This document shows, one piece after another, positions 13,136 to 26,001 of a stretch of 64,000 bases of DNA (its first letter is position 1; every line of letters begins with the position of its first letter). The notes below the pieces were generated by a model. That model did not search any database and was not told the DNA's origin. It saw nothing but the letters and a program-made list of their open reading frames with translations. Made by a program: the position numbers and the translations under genes. This stretch comes from Eledone cirrhosa (Eukaryota), in the NCBI GenBank assembly GCA_964016885.1, contig OZ024743.1, positions 167,710,001 to 167,774,000 of the forward strand, written 5' to 3'.

Positions 13136-14067
13136 GGCTAGAAATGAACAACAAATTACAATAAAATAAAACAAATCGACCAGTTTTATGATCTGTACTT
13201 GTGTATTTATGAGCATCTATCTAGGTGCAATTTTATCGGATGTTGAATAAAAGAGTTTATTGCTTACTTCCTCGTTACTACAACGTTTACCAAATGACGT
13301 CATATAACGCGATATAGTGTGATAAGAAACTCTGAGGAGAGCTGGACAACAGGTCTTCAAAGAATACATTCCTCCCTCAAGTGAGTGCATACGTCATCAT
13401 GACAAACCTGCTTTTTGTCATAAGTTATTATCATTATACCTTTATATCGCCTACCATCCAGTCACCCACAAAAAGAAAAACAAATCAGCAGTCAAATCAT
13501 ACATGCCATCACTGAGAAGGCAGCTCTACCTTTTCTTTAAGATTACCGAGCCTTGTTATATTCGGTATAAATGACCGTATTTACCAATTTGTAGAAGGGT
13601 ACATTATCTGCCCCAGATAACTTAACATCACAACTATACATAACTTAATTTCAACGTTACTCATACACTCTGACCTTACTCCCACGATTATGGAAAATAT
13701 AACTGTGTGACCTCTATGGGTTCGTTTCTCTTTATGTCAGTATAATATAAAGGTAATAGAGTTAAACTTTATTTCTTCACCACAATAGGTCTTATTCACT
13801 CGGAAACAAATCATTATAACGTGTTACTTCCCTCCCCTACGTGATCAATAGAATTAAAAAAAGAAAGATACTGCACTAGCATTCCCCACGTCATTTTTTG
13901 TGACACACCTACTTAAAATAAGTGTTTAACTTATTTTTCCTGACACTTTTCAAACATTCTTCCTACGTTCATTCTTTTCAATCGATACAAATTAATTTAA
14001 GTTCAGGAACATAAAGAAGGAGGTTATAAGCATTGTAATTGTTTCTAGAACTTACAAACATTTTCGG

Positions 14068-14125
14068 GTGCCGGTTTACACCTTGAAGAGCCCTGCTTCA
14101 CCCATGGTCAACTTTACGTTGGATA
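14068..14125 (+). mobile_element. Tiny Helitron helicase remnant
   Basis: Translates as GLHLEEPCFTHGQLYVG, matching GIHLDEPCFSHGQFYIA in the 33836-34684 ORF. Confidence 0.65.
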
Positions 14126-14717
14126 TTTTTGAGTAGGAGGTCTTTGTGCGTCCATCTCGCGCCTCTCAGGACAGTTTACAGCCCCATCGCCAATTTTTAC
14201 GGCAGGAAATGGTGACTGCAGGATACTTTTCGAACAGGCTTCTGTACCTGAACTTGCCCCTTGTTAACCCGCGTGAAGGACGATGCGGTATGAGTCCTTT
14301 TCTTACATTTCACTATATTTCAGTTTTGATGGACTTATTCGTGTCAGTCAACAATCTGGTTCTTTCTCAATCCTGCGAAATAAATCAATTAAATTGATCA
14401 GCTTTTTTATTTTACACCACTTCTTTTCATTTTACTTTACAATGCTGTTTATACAAAAACAAAGCACTATTAAAAGGAACAAACAAAAAAATTTGAAATT
14501 ATAGAACTCTCATAAGGAGTCAATGATTGAGGACTATTTGCATTAAGCAAGCTGAAAATATGGCACTTGATTACATTAACGCAATATTGATTAAAAATGG
14601 TACCAACTGCGCAAGACTCAGCCAATTGAGATGCTTCAACTTGATATAATCATGGCTGTGAGTTTTCTCATCATTTCTTTATCGTTACTTTCCATATATT
14701 TCCCTTACGCCCCGCCT

Positions 14718-14850
<133 letters not shown>

Positions 14851-15164
14851 TGCATACGGATAAATAGATGTATATATATATATATAGTTACAATTTATGT
14901 ACAAACTCAAAAATTGAAGAGTTCAAGGCATTTAATTATTGACAATTGTTTCTTCCCACGGTGATATGCAAATAATTTTATTTAACATTTTGTTATTAGT
15001 GAGTATAGACTTGTGTTTCCTAGAATAAACTGGAATTTATAGTTAAAAAAATGGTGTGATTTGTGTTAAAGTTTTCCTGACAGGAATTTGAATATATAGT
15101 TTTAACAAGGCATTATTCGTAGTTAGCCAAGGCAATCCAACTGTTTTAAGAGGGTTAAAAGATA

Positions 15165-15760
15165 TTTACACCTCTCCAGGTAATTCCCATCTCCTGCAGG
15201 TCCTCCCTGAATGTGCTCCGCCGTGTTTTTCGTGGTCTTCCCCGTTCTCTCCTGCCACCTTCTGGTACCCAATCCATGGCAATATGAGCAGGTCGATCTG
15301 CCGGCAAACGAAGGATGTAGCCCGCGAACCGCTGTCTCCTTTTCCGGACAATGTCCCTTAACCTCTCCAATCCTGACCTCCTCATCACTTCCTCGTTGCT
15401 AACTTGGTCTCTCCATGAAATTTTCAATATGGTCCGAATGCAACAACGGTGGAATGCATCAAGCTTGTTACATACACTTTCCGTACTCTTCCATGTCTCA
15501 CAGGCATATATCGCTGTTGGTACTACAATGGACATGTAAACACGGAATTTGACAGCATTGCCGATGGAACACCTGGACCATACCGGACGGAGTCGCTGGA
15601 AGACCACCGCTGCTTTTCCCAGCCTTGTGCGCACATCCACCTCAGCATCCCCATCGTCAGAGATGTTGCTGCCAAGGTATTGGAAGTGGTTTACACATTC
15701 AATGTTACGCTAACCAACCATAATGGGAGGATTTGGAGGGTCACCTGTCGACATGGTCTA
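15165..15760 (-). mobile_element. RTE LINE 3' RT/thumb fragment
   Basis: FQYLGSNISDDG, DVRTRLGKA, YACETW, KISWRDQVSNEEV, GRPRKT. Confidence 0.88.
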
Positions 15761-16139
15761 TAGCTACTATATTAATTATTAAATAATCGATAATATTTAA
15801 TTATATGTGATAAGAGTATCTTAGTATTTTCTTTATACATTAAAAACTATATATGACAAAAAAGTACATTACTATAAATCCCATGCGTTATAAAAATCAA
15901 CGGAGACAGCTTAGAGAAATTATCCATTTTCCAACTCTCCCGCTTATTTCACCCCACGCTTATTCTTCCCCACCCTGTTATTTGGGATCCGGGAGTATAT
16001 AGTGCGGACTTGACAATGCTAGATTTAATTAACAGTAGCACTAACGTAGCACGATACAGAATAGAGTTGCAAACAGAATATATATTTTTCAAATCTCTTA
16101 AATGCACCACCAGTTATAGCAAGTTGAGAACATTTTCCC

Positions 16140-16320
16140 GTCGAACATGATTTCAACATTAACACTGCGGCTGAAATAGAGGCGGATATTAATGGCCTCG
16201 AGTTAGTGACTTTCAATATTCAGACCATATCGGTCTATTGGATGATGAATTTGAAAGCAGTCAAAACAACTTGACACACAGGCCTCTACAGCTAAATATT
16301 AACATAGATAAAACAATACA
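16140..16320 (+). mobile_element. Highly decayed LINE RT remnant
   Basis: ELSDFQYSDHIGLL (resembles YADDI) followed by LNINIDKT. Confidence 0.45.
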
Positions 16321-16322
16321 GT

Positions 16323-17300
16323 ATGCTGCCACATATATTTGAATTGAAGAAGGGAACAGTTACCATATTTATCAGAAACTTGGATCAGCCAAGATTGTGC
16401 ACTGGTATGCGTATGGTTATGACTGAACTACAGCCTAACATTATTGAAGCCAAACTTCTCAGTGGATGTGGTAAGGGAGACATCGCATTTCTACCTAGAA
16501 TGCCGCCAATGTCCCCTTTCGTTTCAAACGATTGTAATTCACAGTCAGAGTCAGTTACGCAATAACCATTAACATGTCCGAAGGTTGGGACGTTGTTGGT
16601 CTTCATCTAGAAGAGGGATGCTTCTCACATAATCAATTGTATATAGGTTATTCCAGACAAACTCCTCACATATGCTCCAAAGGAAAAAGTTAAATACTGA
16701 AGTTCTGTAAATGTTTTATAATTTTCGTAGAATACATTTTTCTATTATTTTCTTTTTTTAATATATATTGCATTCTTTTCCGAAAATGGAATGGGGAGGC
16801 GACAGAGGGGAAACATAGGATTTTACAAGTCTCAGTGAAAATAAGGGAGGCGGGAAGAGACGGGGTCACTCGGAGTTACAGATACACACCTCTCAGATAT
16901 TTAAATTTATAGAAAAGCAATCTCTTGATATTGAAGGTTGTTTTGATCCTCCATTATTTTGTACTATTGTTAATGTACCAGTAATGCACTGGGTAATTGC
17001 TGGTAATTGCTGGTAATTGCTGGCCTTGTGCCTAAAGTAGAAACAATTATTTTGTACTATTGTTGAAAGCATTTAAGCTTAATTAATTAAGTGTTCGCCG
17101 ATCTACAAATCGACCATTCCAATGGGGATTGGCTGTGTGAAAGAACATTCCTTGTCCTCCAAAACATCACAGTGAAGGCCATCAAAAAAATATCTCACAA
17201 ATGATCCCTGGAGGTAGCCAGTCATATAAAACATTGTATATAGTGAAGTTCTGTAAATGTTTCATAAGTTTCGTAGAATACATTTCTCTATTCTTTTCTT
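16323..17300 (+). mobile_element. Two Helitron PIF1-like helicase fragments in tandem, each ending in the same 3' segment; a SINE fragment is inserted
   Basis: LPHIFELKKG..RNLDQPRLCTG, GLHLEEGCFSHNQLYIG and DWLCERT. TGAAGTTCTGTAAATGTTT...CGTAGAATACATT is repeated at about 16698 and 17244. Confidence 0.8.
16972..17045 (+). mobile_element. Severely 5'-truncated Meta-SINE with 19-bp TSD
   Basis: TSD ATTATTTTGTACTATTGTT at 16953-16971 and 17046-17064; GGTAATTGCT is triplicated internally. Confidence 0.9.
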
Positions 17301-18848
17301 TATGTATTTAGATATTCTAAATAAATTTCAAACATTATGTTAAGCAATATTTATATAACTTTTAATATCTTTTATTCTAAGGAAAATGGACATTATGACA
17401 GATGACATTAGATGCCTTCTGAATAGATTGAGTACAGTACAGAAACTGGGACGAAGGCAGGGAGGCCACTATTATATGTACATATATATGTGTGCGTATA
17501 TATATATATGTATTTGTAGCGGCTTGTTCTGTTCATACAACCGCGCACGTATTTCCCTCTATTCACACGTGTTACAGGTCAGTTACTATAGTTATCTTTA
17601 GTAGAAGGGATAATATCAGCTTGAGCACATGCTGATGATCCAAGAGCTAAATTTGAACCCACATATACGGTGAAACAATCCCTTAGTGAGTTTGTACATG
17701 TGCGATTTAGTTATGAGGTAGGTTTTTCATTTTAAATCATCATTTTAATTATTATGTTTCTCCTATACCTCTCTTAGCTTATATTCTCTTCACGCTGGTA
17801 GTTAAATTCCTGTAAATGAAAACACACTCTCCTGTGATTTTCCTCTATATATTGTATTTTAAAGTGCCCAGGAAAACTCTTTCCTTTGAGCCCATTGAAT
17901 TACAGGATTATACGCGTGTCATTTACTCCGTTATTTTAATTGATATATATAGTGGAAGATGCTAGATGGTCGGTCGTCCTCGGGTCTATGATTTTCAGCC
18001 CCATGTATTTTATCTATTACATTCATTTATTGTATACAAGTCCAGCCTCCTGTTATTTTATTATAATATTTAACTCCGTACTCGCACCACCAACTACAAA
18101 AACGAAGACGGTTGAACTGCTTTACGTTGAGTACTCTCCATATTATTACATCAAGATTGACCATACGGAATTGACCAGCTCTATCCAGTGGTGAACCTTC
18201 AAACCTAAATAAATAATGCTCCTGAAATGTTGAGCACTTCCAAATTTAATAATGAACAGCGGTATGGGACTGACTAGATCTAATCACCATTCGGATTTTG
18301 GTTACTCTGCGCTTTGTCCACCGCCCACCTGCCCCAATGCTACTTCCCTCTCGGAATATTCAGACTTCGACAAAATTCTACGGATTATACCATAACCTGT
18401 ATTGTACTGTACTGTATTGACTAAATTCTCTACCCTATACTTCAGGGCCTTTGTAACTAACACTGAATTCTCAGACTCGAACACACACTGATTCCATTTC
18501 CATATCTATATACATTATCTGACTGCAACTTGAACTATATTGTATTTCTCCTGTGTTTTGATTTCTCCATTTTACTCCACCACCACTCTAGTTATTTTTA
18601 TTTGTTTATTTATATTTTTCTACCTTTTTACTTAATTAATGTGCTTTTTCAACGTATTCTACTTTTATCTATCCATGTATTTTTTACTCCTCTTATTCGG
18701 ACTTTTACTCGCTTGTACCCATTAGTACACGACACTAGAATATTTCCCCCCTGAGAACAACAATACCTATTACCCGGACTATCCGGGGACCTAGATATAG
18801 TCTATTTGCACTTCATCGAGTTTTACAATTGATTACACGCGATGATCC

Positions 18849-20240
18849 GACTGTTGTGTTGGTTTTCCTGGCTGCGAGACCGGCCTCCTGGCGCATGGGC
18901 CAACCTTGAGTGCTTGGAAAAATAAATTTACCCTTCTTTCGGTAAATGAAATTACTCGGAGCGGCTTGATTCGCCCAGGGGCCCGCCGCGCAGCCGCTTT
19001 TTGACCGCCATATAGTACCTTTAAATTCTAGGCCTAGTCATAAATATTAGCTGTATCATGCCTCCCTCTACTTAAACAAATCTCCCTCCTGTGTAAATTA
19101 ATAGTACTCGTTTGGTATAACGATGGCATAACGACGATGGCTGACTTCCCACTAGCACACCTGAAGCCCGGAATACATTCCTTGAGTGCTTGGAATAATT
19201 GATTTCCATATCTTTCGCTAGGCGATCTCACTCGGAATGGCTGACATGTGGTTAGGATGGGCTGGCCGGAGTCTGCAGTCGCCGCATGCTGTTTGACTGC
19301 TAAACAAGGACATAATCTTTACTCTACATCCCACTAGGATAACTTATAGAGGATCTCTATAATACAATTAAAGTTTCTTCATAAAAGACTCTTTCTTTAA
19401 CTAAGTCTCGCAACCCAAAACCTAAAAATCTTAAAAAAAATTTTTTTTAAACTGTTTAATTTTCAATTTTCTAATTTTTTTATTTTATAATGTTAATCTT
19501 TAATTTTTTAACTTCATCCTATAAATCTAAACAAAAATTTAACGTTCCAATTTTCTGTCGGACTGTTGGGTTGGTTTTCCTGGCTGCGAGACCGGCCTCC
19601 CTGTGCATAGGCCTACCTTGAGTGCTTGGAAAAATAAATTTCCCCTTCTTTCGGTAAATGAAATTACTCGGAGCGGCTTGATTCGCCTCAGGGGCCCCAC
19701 GCGCAGCCGCTTTTTGACCGCCATATAGTACCTTTAAATTCTAGGCCTAATCATAACTATTAGCTGTATCATGCCTCCCTCTACTTAAACAAATCCCCCT
19801 CCTGTGTAAATTAATAGTACTCGTTTGGTACAAAGATGGCCTAACGACGATGGCTGACTTCCCACTAGCACACCTGAAGCCCGAAATACATTCCTGGAGT
19901 GCTTGGAATAATTGATTTCCATATCTTTCGCTAGGCGATCTCACTCGGAATGGCTGACATGTGGTTAGGATGGGCTGGCCGGAGTCTGCAGTCGCCGCAT
20001 GCTGTTTGACTGCTAAACAAGGACATAATCTTTACTCTATAATACAATTAAAGTTTCTTCATAAAAGACTCTTTCTTTAACTAAATCTTGCAACCCAAAA
20101 CATTAAAAATTTTAAACTGTTTAATTTTCAATTTTCTAATTTTTTTCATTTTTAATGTTAATTTTCATTTTAATGTTAATCTTCAATTTTTGTAACTTCA
20201 TCCTATAAATCTAAACAAAAATTTAACGTTCCAATCTTCT
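18849..20240. repeat. Tandem duplication of a ~700-bp unit (18849-19556 and 19561-20240)
   Basis: Near-identical sequence visible by eye; the ORF track gives near-identical peptides at 19034-19231 and 19747-19944. Confidence 0.95.
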
Positions 20241-20354
20241 GCTCACACATTATAACATGCAGACCCCCACTATATTTACCTCTGTTATAATATATACATC
20301 TGTCAAGATACGGGTCCTTTAGAATAACTTTTTTCGCGGCATTCGTGGCCTGAC

Positions 20355-20545
20355 TGTAGCATGACATTAATACGGACTTTTCTTTCTCTTTTTTCTGCCT
20401 TTCTTCTTGTAGCTTGACATTAACGCTGACTTTTCTTCATCTTCCTTGTAGCATGACATTAATGCTGACTTTTCTTCCTTTTCTTCCTCTTTCTTTCTGT
20501 CTTTTTTCTTGTAGCATGACATTAACGCTGACTTATCTTCCTCTT
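20355..20545. repeat. Four imperfect repeats of TGTAGCATGACATTAAYGCTGACTTTTC plus pyrimidine tract
   Basis: Copies at about 20355, 20408, 20447 and 20510. Confidence 0.85.
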
Positions 20546-20736
20546 CCTTTCTGTTTTTCTTCTATTTGACCAGGAGGCTAGTAGCACACTATAAGCTTTA
20601 GCCCCCTCACCAGATAGGCTTAAGTAGACCTTATAGCCAGCACTTGAGGGCGACCGGCTAAAGTGGAAGATGCTAGATGTTCGGTCGTCCTCGGGTCTAT
20701 GATTTTCAGCCCCATAGATTTTATCTATTAAATTCA

Positions 20737-20815
20737 TTTATTATATTTAGAATACCTGATGATATCACCGGATTCATACAGAACCCGGTCATTGAAATGA
20801 CCATAGTATAATAAA
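20737..20815 (+). ncRNA. Type I hammerhead ribozyme (predicted)
   Basis: ATAC-CTGATGA(20756)-stem II ACCGG/CCGGT-GAAA(20794)-TG.AC.CA-TA^GTAT. Helix I is ATAC/GTAT, extended by TTTATTATA/TATAATAAA. Confidence 0.75.
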
Positions 20816-20859
20816 CCTTTCAAGGATTTACACAAGTTCAGCCTCCTGTTATTTTATTA

Positions 20860-20863
<4 letters not shown>

Positions 20864-20895
<32 letters not shown>

Positions 20896-21039
20896 TAGGG
20901 TATCGGTATGAGTTATTAACTCTACCTTTTATTTGTATATGTATATATATATATGTATATATATATATGTTTATATATATATCTATATATATATATGTAT
21001 ATGTGTATGTATATATGTATATATATATATATGTATATA

Positions 21040-21092
<53 letters not shown>

Positions 21093-21124
21093 GTATATAT
21101 ACACGTATATATATATGTATATAT

Positions 21125-21162
<38 letters not shown>

Positions 21163-21268
21163 GTGTATATATATGTATATATATATATGTATATATATAT
21201 ATGTATATATATATGTATATATATATGTATATATATATACATATATATATATTTATATATATATATGT

Positions 21269-21324
<56 letters not shown>

Positions 21325-21349
21325 TTATATATATATATACATATATATA

Positions 21350-21418
<69 letters not shown>

Positions 21419-21620
21419 TATATACATATATATATATATATGTATATATATGTATGTATATATGTATATATATATAAATGGAAAAAATGAAACGAAATTT
21501 CATTTATCACTCTTAGTACGGCTGTTACTTAAATATAAGTATGTATACGTACATACTTATATGTATAAAGACGTACAGTCGTATGTATATATATACATAC
21601 ATGCACACACATATATATAT
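20864..21620. repeat. Long degenerate (TA)n/(TATG)n microsatellite
   Basis: Seen directly. Confidence 0.95.
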
Positions 21621-21729
21621 ATGTACGAATGGATTTACCGAACATTTATTCGAATGCTCGGTTTGTTTGTAAACAAACATCCCGAATTAAGCCGTACAGT
21701 GTTTAGCAACTATCGTTGCCCTTTTGTTC

Positions 21730-24700
21730 AACACTGACAAAGGAACGATGTACAGCAGTGCAGCTCATACCCCTGCCAGACGCCATGGAATCTGACAAAA
21801 GAGGAAAAACCCCTTAGCTTCACTCTCCAAAAGCGAAGGCAGACAAAGAGGGGTAAAGGCTGCAAGGAGACGTGCAGCACCACCACCACCATCAGCATCA
21901 CCACCACAAGCATAGCTACCAACAACAACCATACCACCACCAGCATCACCAAATACACCAACATCGCAAAGACAACAAAATACACACACCAAACAGCAAC
22001 AAGAAGAAAACAACAACAAAATCACACCTCCCCGCCAAAAGTACACAGCCATAAATATAGCAAATAAAGAACTCATACAACATATAAAGCAGCACACAGA
22101 CATCACAGAAAAAAACTACTACACCCCACCAACACCAAGAACTCTCCCGACAAATATAAGCATCAATGAAATCAAAATAGAACAGTACAAACTTTTAAAA
22201 CAAAATTTCCCCAACGCAGTTGGAGACTTCAGACGGTCGATTACCAAGAGGATATACACTGACATACTCTTGGAAACACCCATGACCAGCCAAAGGGACG
22301 GTTCTACTTTCCCTTCACCATACGACCAATGTAAGTGATCCTTTCTCACTTGCCCCGTTTCCCATCCAGCATGGCCGTACTTAGAATAGACAGTATAAAT
22401 GTACGTGGCCTGGGGTCATCTTGGAAGCAGGGTCACCTCCTCAACGACCTCAAGTTATTAAACATAATGTGGTGGCCATCAGCGAGACCAGAATCTCCGA
22501 AGCACGAGCCTTCGCACCGATCTTCGGCGGCTACGATGTATACGCATCTCCCAGCCGGTCAGGATCGGGGGGGGGGGGGGGTGCCTTTTCGGAGAGGCTT
22601 GGATCTCGCCATACGGGCCATCTTCCTGGATCTAGAAGGTAAGTCGGTGGTGCTGGCCATGACCGGCCGCGAAGGCAATGCTTTTAGGCTAATAGCCGTC
22701 TACGCACCAACAGGGGCAGGACGGCCAGATGTCTTCAGACGTCTAGAGACTTCTTTAGCGTTAGTGGGCGACTGGAACGGTATCTTAGATGCACGCTGGG
22801 ATTATCTGGGGCAAGAGGACAGGGCAGGAGGGTGTAAAAGCCTCAACAACCTTATCAGACGTTTTGAACTGTCTGACAGGTATAGAATGGATTATCCGAA
22901 TGTGCCAATGTGAACATGGGCAAACCGCATCGGGTCATCCAGATCGTATTTAGATAGGGTATTCTGTAAGGAAACAGATAAGGTTGTCCACAATTTAAAG
23001 TAGTCGACTACACGGACCACAAATCTGTGATCTGTGAAGTTGACTTAGATAGACTTCGTAGGCAAGGGCCCGGCTACTGGAAGCTGAACGCCTCCTTCCC
23101 GGCGCGCAAAGCTTACAGAGACCGGATTAGCGAATTAGTTAAGCGTGCGTTGACGGGTGCGATCGTCAACAACAGGTGGTGGTTTACCCTGAAAAGGGCT
23201 ATTAGAGTAGAATCGATAAGGTTTAGCAAAGAAGTAGTGATAGAGGAAAAAAGAGTAGAGGGAGAGTTAGTTAGAAGGCTAGAAGAGTCGTTTAGGACAG
23301 GCATCGCAACCGACGCGCTTGCGGCGAGATTGGCACTAGACCAATTCTTCAACGCAAAGCATGAAAGCTGCGTTGTCAGAGATAGAGCGCGTGCTCTAAG
23401 ACACGAGGGGACGAAAGCCGTTCAATGGGCCCGGGTGGTGGACGCGCGACGTGGCAACAAGTCCACAATTCGGTCTTTGCCTGATCAAAACGGGCGCATG
23501 TTGCTCGAACCCGAGCAGATGTGTGCGGCTTTTCAGCAGCACTTTGCTGAACTGTTCGGGAGCGGCGGAGGGCCGGATCGGAGTATGGATTTCGGTGCAT
23601 ACCTCGACGGACTGCCGCCGCTCTCGACGACCGCAGTGCAGTGCTGCGAAAAGCCGATAACAGCAGGCGAAATACGGGAAGCGATGTATGACTGCACGAG
23701 GGGTAAATCGCCAGTTTTGCATGGTCTACTCTACGAGCTTTATGCGTATATGCCAGACTTGTTCGGCGACCTCTTGGCAGATGTCTACTGCAACTGGCAG
23801 CAAAACGGGAGCATTCCCAGTTTTGTGAGCCGGAGAGCAATAGCGCTGCTGAGAAAAGACCCGAACAAGGGGGACGTTATAGAAAACTTCAGGCCCATAA
23901 CTCTGCTAAACACAGAGTTTAAGATTTTGGCCAAGGTGTTAGCAAATTGGTTGGCGCTTGTCGTCGGTGATCTGGTGGGAGAGGCGCAGATATGTGCCAT
24001 TCTGGACAGATCAATCCATAACCTCCATCTCATGCGATACATCATAGAGGGTGGTTAAGGAACCTGGCACAGGTGGGGCCCTGATCAACTTGGATCAATC
24101 CAAAGCATTTGATAGGGTCGACCATCAGTACCTGGCTACGGTCCTCGAGGCGGCCGATCGCTGCGATGCAAAGCGACATCTGCCCGATTGTGAAGGTGAA
24201 TGGTCACCTGTCGCAGCCTATCAGCATCATGCGCTCGGTCCACCAGGGTTGCCCCCTCTCGTCCCTCTTGTACGTACTGACCCTCGAGCCGTTACTGCAC
24301 AAATTGCAGACGATGAGGGGGGTCCCACGCGAATTGGGATGCGGGAGATCCGTGTTAGCTTACGCCAACGACGTCACCGTGGTGGTGTCGAGCACCAAAC
24401 ACGTCCAGATGCTCGGCACCGCTCTCAAGGAATACGAAGCGGTGACAGGAGCAAAGATAAACCAGGAAAAGTCGGTGGGCTTGCAACTCGGCACCTGAGG
24501 GGCAAGTCCATGCCGTCCGACAGCGTCGTGGGGCGCTAGGCGGAAGGACCGGTTAAATTGCTCGGGGTCTGGTTCGGTCAGGACCTACAGATGGAGAAAA
24601 ACTGGAGCGAGCTGACGAACAGGGTGGCCTCTTTCACCCAGAAATGGGCCGAGAGGAAGCTGTCCCTGAAAGGCCGGGCGGAGGTGGCAAATGCGTACAT

Positions 24701-26000
24701 AGCGTCCATCATCTGCTACCGCCTGACCGTCATACCTTGCCCCCTCCCAACTCTGACCGAAATGGAGCGCCTTCTCTTCCGCTTTTTGTGGAAGGGACGT
24801 GTTCCCATGGTCAGACGATCCATTTGCTGTCAACATCCGTTGCGTCGAGGATCAGGCATGCTGTAGCTGATGATGCGCAAACATGCGTTGAGGCTGCGAC
24901 ATCTCTGGTGCTTCCTTGACGGTGAACAGGTGTGGTCACCGTTTGCCCGACGCGCTTTTCCCCAGCTCGTCTCCTTGACCGAGCTGCAGTCCTGGATCAG
25001 CAAAAGGATAGCGCTTGGAAGCTGGAATGTCTCCAAACGCTCACCGCCCTCTACCAGCTGGGCACTAGTATCTTTTGAACATCCACCTCGGCGTTCTATA
25101 GAGGGCTATTGGAGGAAAAGAGCGACGACGTTCTCGGGGAGACCCTGGACGTCGAAGACGATCAGCTGTTCGTCTCTTCAAGAGAACTTTCAGACCGGGG
25201 CCTATGGACAACTTCCAGAAATCCCTGGCCTGGCAGTGTAACCGGGGAGCGTTGCCGGTTCAGGATAAGCTCTACAGGCACGGAGGTGCTGTCATCCGAG
25301 CCTGTCCGAGATGCGCGCAGGGCGACGAAACCATCCTGCACGCATTCGTTCAGCGCCCGATGATTGCTGACTTGTTGAGTTATGTTCAACAGGTGCTGTC
25401 GCATGTAGGACGGATACGGTTATCGACTGAGTCCATTGTACAGATAGCCCCGCTATCCTCCTTTAAAGAGGAGGAAGGGCAGTCAGTTTTCATCTGCTTG
25501 GTGGCCATGGCGAAAGAGATTGTGTGGTGGACAAGGTTGAAAGGGTTGAAGACGGACACTTTCCTCTCCGGCCAATCCCTGATTAACTTTTTCAAATTTC
25601 CCTTGAAGAGGGAAATCAGGGTGGAAAGGCAAGTGCTGTCTTCTAGTAAGTTTGTTGAAAGGTGGGTGAAAGTGGCGAGTCTGGTCCGAGTAAACGGGCC
25701 CGCTCTGAGTATGCGCCTGTAGACTGAGAAGTGTGAAAACTGAGAGAGGACGCTTGCCCTGGTGGTCAGGGTGGCCGTGGTCTTTTTTGTGTGGTTTTCG
25801 CCACGAGTGACCCTCGGATGTTTCCCCCTTTTTGGGGAATTTCTGTTTGAATTTTTTTTTATTTCTAGCCCAATTTTGTTATAACCTGTTTACACTACCA
25901 AAACCCACTTTGTATCGTCCTGTACTGTTCTGTGCCGTCTCTAATGTTTTTCTTCGTATCAGCCCTTGTGGCCAATAAAGAAACCATTATTATTATTATT
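21730..26000 (+). mobile_element. L1/Tx1-type LINE, 5'-truncated within ORF1, with a complete but disrupted ORF2 (APE-RT-CCHC)
   Basis: ORF2 22371-25722: SINVRGL, VGDWNG, TDHK, GPGYWKLN, NFRPITLLNTEFKILAK, DQSKAFDRV, QGCPLS, YANDV, CPRC..ETILHAF. Tail GCCCTTGTGGCCAATAAAGAAACC(ATT)n. Confidence 0.93.
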
Positions 26001-26001
26001 A

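Larger units (their letters stand above)
17951..20863 (+). mobile_element. Putative non-autonomous retroelement with direct terminal repeats and a hammerhead ribozyme (retrozyme/PLE-derivative-like)
   Basis: Direct repeats at 17951-18067 and 20662-20863; hammerhead fold in the right repeat; TA repeats flank both ends; no RT or EN ORF recognised. Confidence 0.65.

Noticed and set aside
14137-14287. AG/GT-bounded GC-richer open segment (EVFVRPSRASQ...)
   Set aside because: No recognisable homology, a weak acceptor, and it abuts a Helitron remnant, so it cannot be supported as an exon.
20355-20545. Regularly spaced ~28-bp repeats resembling a CRISPR array
   Set aside because: The spacers are related pyrimidine tracts of variable length, the context is eukaryotic and there are no cas genes.
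20849-21737. Long YIYI/CVCV/THTH ORFs here and at 1611-1889, 4855-5278, 14631-14910, 26115-26736 and 36919-37191
   Set aside because: These are translations of stop-free microsatellites, not genes.
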